A stretch of DNA of 63,477 nucleotides, filler included, from Nemertoderma westbladi (taxonomy: Eukaryota; Animalia; Xenacoelomorpha), in NCBI GenBank assembly GCA_032718475.1. It is 4 parts of 4 records of this genome, joined end to end, with 100 filler letters (N's around TTAATTAATTAA, not from the genome) between each part and the next. Parts side by side here need not be neighbours in the genome. Positions count along the whole stretch, not along the records: positions 1 to 28,993 come from JAUCBJ010003008.1; positions 29,094 to 47,966 come from JAUCBJ010006229.1; 2 more parts are not named here. One strand, written 5' to 3'. Under the pieces are notes generated by a model, which worked only from the letters and a program-made list of their open reading frames with translations, did no database searches and was not told where the DNA came from. This document shows positions 12,736 to 29,095 of the stretch, piece after piece (the stretch's first letter is position 1; every line of letters begins with the position of its first letter). The translations under genes were made by a program, and so were the position numbers.

Positions 12736-14442
12736 AGGGCTCATTGATAAAAGGTCCTATGTGAAAAAATAGTCATCCTAAGATATAGACACTTCGCGTA
12801 TTTTTTTACCTACTCAGAACAGTTGATATTGGCATTTTGAATTTTTGCATGCAAATTTTTTATGCCTGAGAATACTTTTCTTCCTAACAAAAGGAATATA
12901 TAGAGGTGTACATATGTTATGTATGTACAAATCACTTTTCGATTACTCATCTCTACTATCAGATCAGAATATAGATCGTATTCTAAATTGTTTTAGTTGT
13001 TATTCACATGATCAGCCTCCACAATGGTACAATTAGTTCCGGCTGTCCTGTTGGTTAGATACTTCAGTGTTCCAACCGGAAGGTCGTGAGATCGAGCCCC
13101 AGAAAAGGAACAGCAGTAAAACTGATAGGAACTACTGAAGGTATAGCCTACGGGTTATCGAGAACGCTGAAAATGATGACACTAGTGAAAATGATTACTG
13201 GTATGCAACCATCATTTTTGGTGCTATTCTGGTGCCCCACGATGAAAATTAGAAACTTTGTAACCAAAATGTTAAACTGTTAAATTTTGCATTTCGTTGT
13301 GTAATTCTGAACCTACACTGGTTTTCTAGGTACCGGTAGCTGATAACGGTACAACCCGATAAAAAATATTTCATGGTATCACAACTATCGTTTTTGTTGC
13401 ATTTCTAATGTCTGGTATGACGAAAAATAGAAGTTGCATCACATTTCAAACTGCCAAAAATGGAATTTGGTTGGATAATTTTGAAGCTATAGGGTGTTCG
13501 AGATCGCTGATCACGATAAAACTTGTTATAAACCTTTTATGGAAGTGTCACCATCAAATTTATTATCAAATTGTGCTATTTGTATTTTTGTGCCACATTG
13601 GCACATATTCAAAAATTCGATAATGATTCAGAAAAAACATTTCTGAGAGTCATACTAATTCAGCTACCAAGAAAACACATGAGGCCATATAATTAGGTCG
13701 ATTTGGTTGTTATTTTTCATTATCATATTTACACTACCGGTACTTGTTTTTTTCGTGCCCCAGCGGGCGCATTCCAAATTAACACAAATTTTCTCTAATG
13801 TTATATATGAGTTCTATAATCGTGATCGGCATCGAAAAAAAACTCAAGGCCTACAGTATATACCGCAAATAAATTTATTTTAGCGAGCCATAAAAACTTT
13901 TGAACATTTTAGCACGAAAAAATACTGGAGATGGATGCCAGAAGGGGACCACAGCACGAAAACTAACATAGTTATATAATTGACGTTTGCGCAGCTTGAC
14001 AGCCAAATAAATTTCAGGAAAAGTAACAAAATCTCGGTTTTTCCAACAAACCTGGCCCAAATATACAGATAAATAACTACAAATTTCTAAAATGACCCAC
14101 CCCCGGGCCAAATAGGGTTAAGAAAACGTCTGACCCGATTGGATAATAACCCTCGTCAATAATCAATACTATGTTGTACATAGAATATATATCACAGACA
14201 CAATACTCGGTTACATAGAACTTTTTCTTGCTAATGCTATACAATTTTCCACATGGAAATGGTTCTATGTGGCACATAGACTTTTTCTGTCAACGTCTAT
14301 TTGAGTTTTATACTACATAGTAACCTTTTCCTTCCAAAAAGTATGTTGTTAATTCTGTTCATATGATCACAGAACCTTATGGGGGGGGGGGGGGGGGGGG
14401 GGGGAGTTAAGTCATGTCACAAAGGATTTCTCAAAAATTCCT
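12736..14442. mobile_element. Probable non-autonomous DNA transposon inserted into the 33-bp satellite
   Basis: TCAATTGA (part of the satellite unit) flanks both sides (12728-12735, 14443-14450), as expected for a target-site duplication. Ends are AGG...CCT with degenerate terminal/subterminal inverted similarity (ttgataaaaaggtcctatgtg versus the reverse complements of cacatagactttttctgtcaa and tcacaaaggatttctcaa). No transposase ORF. Confidence 0.6.
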
Positions 14443-14536
14443 TCAATTGACCTTGTAGATAAAAGTCAACCGGGTAGATAAAGTTAAACAGAGTTCAACT
14501 GACCTGGTAAATAAAGGTCAACAGAGTTCATCTAAC
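14443..14536 (-). repeat. First ~3 units of the 33-bp satellite, starting exactly at the CSTF3 exon-2 donor GT
   Basis: Minus strand reads exon ...ATTAAG|GTTAGATGAACTCTGTTGACCTTTATTTACCAG|GTCAGTTGAACTCTG... Confidence 0.9.
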
Positions 14537-14593
14537 CTTAATGAGACACCGTTGGAAGAGCTTCTCCACCTTTTCGTAATTCCGCGCTTTCAT
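14537..14593 (-). CDS. CSTF3: CstF-77 second visible coding exon (57 nt)
   Basis: ttAG|ATG...AAG|GTTAG. Translates MKARNYEKVEKLFQRCLIK versus CstF-77 IKAKNYDKVEKLFQRCLMK. Phase 0 at both ends. Confidence 0.95.
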
Positions 14594-15728
14594 CTAAGGC
14601 AACAAATATATATATATATGTAAATATTAGGAAAACTTTTATGGGAACAAACTTCGGTTGGATTTATATTAATTAGAAAAATAAAAAAATGTGCAAAATG
14701 AAGGACGTTGGAAGTCGCATGCAGTTCACCAACTCGAGTACCGGTTTCTGAATAGGTTTTTGATTATTAACAAGTGAGATTAATTAATCTAAGGTGATTA
14801 AATTTAATGTTACCGTATTCAACCGTACTAACTGCTAAACTTAAGATACCATGTGATGTGTTTTCACGGGTAGACCCATTATTACAGCCCAAATAAGGAT
14901 TAGGTCAAATAAATATTGATATCTAATCTATACTAGTCAGCCAGTCTACCAAACATAGCTTAACTATCGACCTAAATACATACTCAAACACAAAACTACA
15001 ACTATTAGGCCTATATGCCATAGCGTGAGCCGTCTTTTTTTATAGTGTTTAGGGAGTTTTATCTGTTTTTGGTTTTAATTTAATTCATTTGTTTACAAAA
15101 AAAAACTATGACATTGCTGCATTGGTGTCTCCATCTCCACCCGAATATTATTTAAAAAAAATGCCGCACTGGCCAGCCCAACCCTAGCTACCGGTACAAA
15201 GTACGATGAAGGCCCTACTGACAGACTGATGTAAGATGAAAAAAACTACAGGCTGACAACATGTACCGGCAGACCGGTACACACAGTTTTGAAAAATGTA
15301 ACTACCTGCGACCCCCCGTCTCTGTGTATGTCAGTATGTTGGTCTGTCTCCTTCTCCTGGTCTCGGCTCGGTACTCGGCTGGCTGCTGACAACACAGCAA
15401 CAGCTGAACAGTGTTGATGCCGTCCTGCCGTCAGATCATACCGTAGGCCTATGCCTATCAAAACACACCACATACTGACATACATATAGTCAAAAATTGG
15501 CCGCACTAGCTCTATCAGTCTATAGAGCTATGGCCTAGATATCCCAATATTAATATTTTGAAATTTAAAAGATCGATATCTACTGATCTATCTACAGTAT
15601 TTCCTACTCTAACCTGTGCTGTACTATGGTTTGTGCTTGCATATTATTAAAGATATTGCTGTATTGTTGTTTTTTTATCGTTAATATACAGCTACCGGTA
15701 CCGTTACCAAAAATTGATAGAATCTCAC

Positions 15729-15914
15729 CTCATGTTCAATATACATTTTCCAGTATCTTCCGCAGTTTGGAAACTGTGTTACTAAACGTTCGTATATGTG
15801 TCTCGCATTTTCCACTGAGACTCCCTGGCATTCCCGAATTAATATCGCCCATCCCTCGATGTCCCACGGATTGTGTTGGACCCGCTTTTCTAGCTTGCGA
15901 ATTTTATCCGACAT
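15729..15914 (-). CDS. CSTF3: CstF-77 first visible coding exon (true start may be this ATG or in an upstream exon)
   Basis: MSDKIRKLEKRVQHNPWDIEGWAILIRECQGVSVENARHIYERLVTQFPNCGRYWKMYIEHE matches CstF-77 ...NPYDLDAWSILIREAQ...[26 protein letters not shown]. Donor GAG|GTGAGA at 15728. Confidence 0.93.
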
Positions 15915-16429
15915 TTCATAGCCTATACTAGTATACGCTACCGGTACTATACGCAACGCATACGGTCCAGCAGTCTATACAGGAACAGAGACCCTTAGGC
16001 CTATGCAGAATGCGCAAATGTTGGATGGATGTGCGAGGGAATGATCCACAGCCAGACAGTACTGCATTCAGGCTGTCAGGCAGTAGCAGAGAGCGTACAC
16101 TGTACACTGGTCAGCACTTGGTCAGCACGCAATTCCAATATTCAGGTACCGGACCGGTATCTCTTACATCAGTACATAGCCCTACAGCTATGGTCTTACT
16201 TTGTGCAGTGTGCAGTTTATTTGTGCAGTAGTGCTGTAGTGCTGTAGTGGTATTTCAATCTCAGTAGGCCTACCTTACTTACACCTTATCTGTAGGCTGT
16301 AGCATACCAGCATACAGTATGCCTATATCTGTTTATGTTCGTATAGTTTACAGGTGCGGTGGTGTAGCAGAAAATTGCCATTCCCCTTAAACAACACCAA
16401 CAGTTGCACCAACAGACTCAATCTGTTCT

Positions 16430-18125
16430 AAATGATACGTTGCAGATACGTTCCTGACCATAGACTGTGTGTTTGGGAAGACACGGATCAATCTGCAGTT
16501 CTCAAGTCTGCCGCTAGAGGGCGAAATGTCAGAAACTGAAAACCTTCTTCCATTTTGTTATTATTAATGCCTTTTAGCTGATACGTGGCAGAGGTCTACT
16601 ACACCATAGGCTGTGTGTTTTCGGAGAATGCTGACCAATCTGCAATTCCCCAGTCTGCCGCTAGGGGGAGAAATATCTGAAAGTGAAAACCTTATCCCAT
16701 TTCGTTGTTTATAATGCTTTTTTGCTGATACTTGGCAGAAGTCGACTACACCATAGACTGCGTGTTTGTAGAGAACTCTGAATAATCTGAAATTCCTCTG
16801 TCTGCCGGTAGGGGGCGCAATGTCTCAAAGTGAAAACCTTCACCCATTTCGTTGTTTTTACTGCTTTTTTGCTGATACTTGGCAGAAGTCTACTACACCA
16901 AGACTGCGTGTTTGGGGAGGAGCTAGAACCAGTCTGCATTTCTCCAGTCTACTGCTAGGGGGCCAAATGTCTGAAAGTGAAAACCTTATCCCATTTCGTT
17001 ATTAATAATGCCTTTAGGCTGACACTTGGCAGATGTGTATTACACCATATGGTGTGTGTCTGTGGAGGACGCCGAACTACCTGCAGTTCTCCATTCGGCC
17101 GCTAGGGGGCGAATTATCTGAAAGTGAAAACCTTATCCCATTTCGTTGTTTCTAATACTTTTAGGCTGATACTTGGCAGAGGTCTACTACACCATAGGCT
17201 GCGTGTTTGTGGAGAACTCTGACCAATCTGCAATTCCTCTGTCTGCCACTAGGGGGCGCAATGTCTGAAAGTGAAAACCTTCACCCATTTCGTTATTAAT
17301 AATGCTTTTATGCTGATACTTTGCAGAGATCTACTACACCATAGACTGCGTTTTTGTGGAGAACTCTGACCAATCTGCAATTCCTCAGTCTGCCGCTAGA
17401 GGGTGAAATGTCTGAAATGAAAACCTTCTCCCATTTCATTGTTTCTAATGCTTTTTTTTATACTTGAGAAATGCATACTACACCATAGGCTGTGTGTTTG
17501 GGGCGGATGCTAACCAGTCTGCAGTTCTCCAGTATACTGCTAGAGGGTGCGAAATGTATGAAAAGTGAGAACATTCTCACATTTATTTATTAAAAATGCT
17601 TTTAGGCTGATACATGTACTTGGCAGAGGTCTACTGTCCTACTTCATAAGCCGCGTCTTTGGGAAGGACGTTGACCAGTCTGCAGTTTTCCAGTCCGCCA
17701 CTAGGGGACGAATTGTCTGAAAGTGAAATCCTTCTCCCAATTAAATTCTTTAGAGTTAATTCTTGGCAGCGATCTAAAAGTACTGTACAGTATCTACTAA
17801 ACTAAATAAACTATAGGTTATATTTACGAGGATGATAACCACCTGCAGTTCTACAGTTTAACCTTCTTCCATATATTTACTATTTGTAATCCTTTGGAAA
17901 TGGTACTTGGCAGGTATTTAATCTACTTTATACAACCTAAAGCCTTATGTTGTACGTAGTATGTAGATATTTGAAAAGTAAAACAGCTTCAGTCTTTTTG
18001 TTTGAGAGAACACTCAATCATGTGACGTTTTGTTAAGTTAAGTTAATTAATTAATCGAATGTTTGGAATGGTGAGTAGGCTTGTTAACTAGAAAGCCGTG
18101 GCCCGAAGGGCCACGGGCTTTCTAG
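16430..18125 (+). mobile_element. 3' part of a non-autonomous Helitron-like element (copy A): 147-bp repeats, unique tail, GC hairpin, CTAG terminus
   Basis: Ends with hairpin CCGTGGCCC-GAA-GGGCCACGG followed by CTAG (18122-18125), the canonical Helitron 3' signature. The left boundary is approximate. Confidence 0.7.
16440..17760 (+). repeat. ~147-bp tandem repeat, ~9 diverged copies, each with a CTCF-like motif
   Basis: GAAAACCTT recurs at ~16540, 16685, 16832, 16979, 17126, 17273, 17419. Each unit has CTGCA(A/G)TTC(C/T)-N6-GCC(A/G)CTAG(A/G)GGGCG. Confidence 0.9.
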
Positions 18126-18146
18126 TCTATATATATAAATATCATG

Positions 18147-24879
<6,733 letters not shown>

Positions 24880-24899
24880 GGCCTTTTTTGCATCCAGAA

Positions 24900-25583
24900 G
24901 GCCTTTTAATTGATACGTGGCAGAGGTATACTACACCATATAGGCTGTGTGTTTTCGGAGGATGCTGACCAATCTGCAATTCCCCAGTCCGCCGCTAGGG
25001 GGAGAGATATCCGAAAGTGAAAACATTATCCCATTTCGTTATAATAATGCTTTTAGGCTGACACTTGGCAGATGTGTATTACACCATATAGTGTGTGTCT
25101 GTGGAGGACGCCCAACTACCTGTAGTTCTCCATTCGGCCGCTAGGGGGCGAAATATCTGAAAGTGAAAACCTTATCCCATTTCGTTGTTTATAATGCTTT
25201 TTTTAGGCTGATACTTGGCAGAGGTCTACTACACCATAGACTGCGTGTTTGTGGAGAACCCCGACCAATCTGCAATTCCTCTGTCTGCCACTAGGGGGCG
25301 CAATGTCTGAAAGTGAAAACCTTCACCCATTTCGTTATTAATAATGCTTTTATGCTGATACTTTGCAGAGGTCTACTACACCATAGACTGCGTGTTTGTG
25401 GATAACTCTGACCAATCTGCAATTCCTCAGTCAGCCGCTAGAGGGTGAAATGTCTGAAATAAAAACCTTCTTCCATTTCGTTGTTTCTAATGCTTTTTTT
25501 ATACTTGGGAAAGGTATACTACACCATAGGCTGTGTGTTTGGGGCGGATGCTAACCAGTCTGTAGTTCTCCAGTATACTGCTA
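24900..25583 (+). repeat. Second block of the 147-bp CTCF-motif repeat (~4.5 copies)
   Basis: Units correspond to individual units of 16570-17542, e.g. 25561 tgtagttctccagtatactgcta and 17521 gcagttctccagtatactgcta. Confidence 0.9.
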
Positions 25584-26034
25584 CACATTATATGTGTATG
25601 TAATGTATGTAATATTGTTTTACCGGTTTTTACTATGGGCAGTATTGCGTGGTAATCATACCAAAAGTCACCGCTCGCCGCGGCCGCCCGCCGCTGCCGC
25701 TGCCGCTCGCCGCTCGCCGCTCCTGTGGTGTATCATGGCCTTAAAGTACTTTGCAACAAGTATGTATGTAGTTTTATTCCAAAATTTTAACATTACGAAA
25801 TGATTGTACATATACATTATAAGTGATAGAAACTGCACAAATTATATTAGTTGCTGTATAAATAAATGTAAAAATGACATAAATTATGTTATAAATAAGT
25901 TAGCTTATATTTATGGTGGCGTTTGGAGCCATGATATAATAATATAGCTAAGCCCTACTGGTTATTAATAGATATACCCCGCCTACCGGTAGGTAATGCA
26001 GTAGGCCTATCTGGCTCTCAGGGAAATTTTCACC

Positions 26035-26125
26035 TATTGTTTACGTGGTATCCAATGACGGCGTTAAGTTATGTCCCCTTAGTGGACATTACTTAACGTC
26101 GTCATGCGTCGTCACGTAAACAATA
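26035..26125. repeat. ~90-bp imperfect palindrome (fold-back MITE remnant or hairpin)
   Basis: TATTGTTTACGTG pairs with CACGTAAACAATA. ATGACGGCGTTAAGTTATGTCC pairs with GGACATTACTTAACGTCGTCAT. Confidence 0.75.
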
Positions 26126-27271
26126 ACACCAAATACAATACTAAATGTAAAGGCCAATACAATGCTGTAATGTCCTCTAAAGTTGTAAAGTGCTAAAGAA
26201 CAACTCGCTGTTAATACTAACGGGAACGGCGTTAAGTTATGTTACAATTTTGGAATAAAAATTATAATAAGTTCCAATATATTACAAGTTTTCTACAATA
26301 CTCTCACTGAATACTCTTGAATACTGTTGAATACTCTCACTTAGATTAGATATTTTAGATAGTAATTCAACAATAACAGATGGTCTTACCAAGTCATCCA
26401 ACTCAACTGACTTGTGTATGTGTATTCTAACAAAGTGTAATTTTAATGAGGTTCATTATATTAATTAAATGATTATATCAGCGAAACGAGGGCCCACATG
26501 CCAAAATGCGTAAAATTCAACACACGAGAACAGAATATCTTAATTTTACTAAAAAGTGATTGGATCGTTTTGAAACCATTACACAAATTCAACCTAATTT
26601 GGATGGACCTACTAGAAGAAAAGTTCCAATATATTGAACATTTTCGCGGGGCATTCGTGCTGCACGAGTCTTAAAGTAATAACTCGGGTTACCCGTTCTT
26701 GAGTGAGCAGCCGCTCGTGCTGAGTCCTGAATTGCTGTAGTGGAACCACAAACATATCCACACACATACATACTAATAAAGGTGCCGCGATGTCGGGTTA
26801 TAATTCTACTCCAGCTCTCCGAAATATTGATCCAATCGACGGTAAACAAACCGAACATATACAAAAAAAACCACTCCAATTTCAGGGTCTTCATAACTCG
26901 GTGAAAAGGGCTCCTTACCGCTCCGTTTCTAGTTAATTGGTAATTAAATTTTTTAATTCCCCGTGCCGATATATTAACTTGCCAATATGGGATTAACTTT
27001 ATTTTATTTCATGTATTTAAGTAGTCATATTTAGCAGTAAAGTAATATTTAATAATAAATTAATTTAATTTAATTTGGTGTCAAATCATGTAATATTGTG
27101 GGGCATTCTATTAGTGGCGATATATAATAATAACTTTATTAGATTACAGTATTATGTATTACGGGAAAACCTTATACAATACATGTCTCCCTGTATATAT
27201 AGTATATATATAATGATACCAATGACAAAAGCGCGTCAGTATAATATAACCATTCTGTATTTCCTACGATA

Positions 27272-28276
27272 TTACATATCATAAACGAACTCCAAACCAG
27301 TTCCTTCTAAGTTATCTTTCTCCCATTGATCCATTATCGCTATCTGTTGTTTACTAAAGTGATTCTTCCAATCCCCAATCTCCCCTTTCCTTATGAAAGT
27401 GCCCCCATCTTCGTTATTCACAGTGGCATTCTTTTTCATACTTTTAAACGAAAGATGATCTGTAAGTTTTATGAGTTGTTCTTCGCTGAGAGATTTCCCG
27501 AGAAAATTGGATGTCTTCCTAATAACAGCAGTTAGATCTTTCTTCATATCCTCAAACATAAGAAGCAACACATTTTTTCTGTCTCTAATTCTCCAATATC
27601 CAAGATAATGCTGCAATGCTGGAGTATAGTAGCCGCAAACATCATTGACGAATGCGTTGAAGAACACGTCCCAGGATCCAGTGTAACCAGCCACAAATTT
27701 CCAATGGTAGAACAGTGACACACAAGTGTCTCTGGGATTGCGTATAACGTGAATGATTTTGGGTTCCTTTTCTCCAATCCCGTATGGAAGCATATCTATG
27801 GACATGTGGGTTTTAATAATTCTAGGTGAAGATTTTGATTCCGTTAACTCTATTGACGAGGTATATATCCTCGTATCGCTTTCTTCGTGAATTGTTGCAT
27901 TAATGGTCTTTACAAATATTTCATCCGTGATTATTTTGGAGAATTCCAAATACGGTACTCTTCTCTCTAAATTAACCTTTTTTGCTAATTCTGTATTAGC
28001 GTCATTCATAATACACCAAGCCATTTCTTGCGTCCATGTTGTTCCGCATTTTACAAAGGTACAAATCCAGACGTCATCATCTCGCACGGAAAATTCAAAT
28101 ATTTTTTGTTGATATTCTGTTGTGAATATTCTTGGAAGTACTTGACCACTCGGTTGATATCTAACGAAACCATCTGGAAAAGCGCTTTGGTTCTTTGTAA
28201 ATTCTTCATGAGCTTTTCCTTCAATTTCTTCAATCCAAACATTATTGGGACTGTTGCGATTGGAAAAAGTAGCCAT
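27272..28276 (-). CDS. Cytosolic PAPS-dependent sulfotransferase (SULT1-like), intronless, 334 aa
   Basis: 5'-PSB motif TFVKCGTTWTQE, IKTH catalytic His, 3'-PB motif RNPRDTCVS, C-terminal FIRKGEIGDWKNHF. Confidence 0.95.
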   Translation of the reverse strand: MATFSNRNSPNNVWIEEIEGKAHEEFTKNQSAFPDGFVRYQPSGQVLPRIFTTEYQQKIFEFSVRDDDVWICTFVKCGTTWTQEMAWCIMNDANTELAKKVNLERRVPYLEFSKIITDEIFVKTINATIHEESDTRIYTSSIELTESKSSPRIIKTHMSIDMLPYGIGEKEPKIIHVIRNPRDTCVSLFYHWKFVAGYTGSWDVFFNAFVNDVCGYYTPALQHYLGYWRIRDRKNVLLLMFEDMKKDLTAVIRKTSNFLGKSLSEEQLIKLTDHLSFKSMKKNATVNNEDGGTFIRKGEIGDWKNHFSKQQIAIMDQWEKDNLEGTGLEFVYDM

Positions 28277-28993
28277 GTCAAAAATTTTTATTGATACAAT
28301 ATTTTTAAATGGTAATGGCAGGCCTACATACAGTATTCGGTTGACAATGCATTAATTGAAACTGAAGTGTATAAAATTATAACCGTACAACTTACTGATT
28401 TCTGCAATTATTTTCAGTCATAAGGCCTATGTGACACAAATTAGCTGATAGATAACCCTTGTACTGTATTAAAGGGTAATATTTGTCCTAATAATTACAG
28501 TATACAGAGTTTTCGTATGTACCGTGTATCACAATCTTCTTGAATAGACGTATGTCATGCCTTCGTGATATTTACTAGCAAATAATTCAAGTTATACAAT
28601 ATTATTGATAAGATTATTGTTATTATGTAGTTGGACTTATCTTGCCAACTGTTTTTACTTAGGCCTATTGATGTACAATACTTCCCCGCATTATGCAGTG
28701 CCGGATTTAGGACTAGGCCAGGTTTAAGACCTCCACAAAAATACAAATTATAAATACCTAATTTGATTTATTTGAATTATTATATTTGATTTAATTTTAT
28801 TATTATCAAGTAAAGTGTTTAAGACATACATACAGACAAAGACAGATACATCCTAGTGTTGGTCAGTCGTGGAAACTGACATCAGAAATGAAATCAGCGA
28901 CCTGGAAAACCCCCATGGCGAATGTTTTTATTACATAATATGCCTCCTTATTTTTTGACAGGCAGACTGACAGACAAACAGACATACATACAG

Positions 28994-29093
28994 NNNNNNN
29001 NNNNNNNNNNNNNNNNNNNNNNNNNNNNNNNNNNNNNTTAATTAATTAANNNNNNNNNNNNNNNNNNNNNNNNNNNNNNNNNNNNNNNNNNNN
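28994..29093. other. Artificial contig spacer (N44-TTAATTAATTAA-N44)
   Basis: Six-frame stop linker between N runs. Identical to the spacers at 47967-48066 and 57633-57732. Confidence 0.97.
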
Positions 29094-29095
29094 CA

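Noticed and set aside
14381-14404. Long G/C homopolymers (also ~34648, ~35469, ~41999)
   Set aside because: Mostly inside transposon remnants, and homopolymer lengths are unreliable in assemblies.
28994-29093. TTAATTAATTAA as a biological motif, and gene neighbourhoods across the gaps
   Set aside because: Identical synthetic linker in all three gaps. Cross-gap synteny is unsupported.
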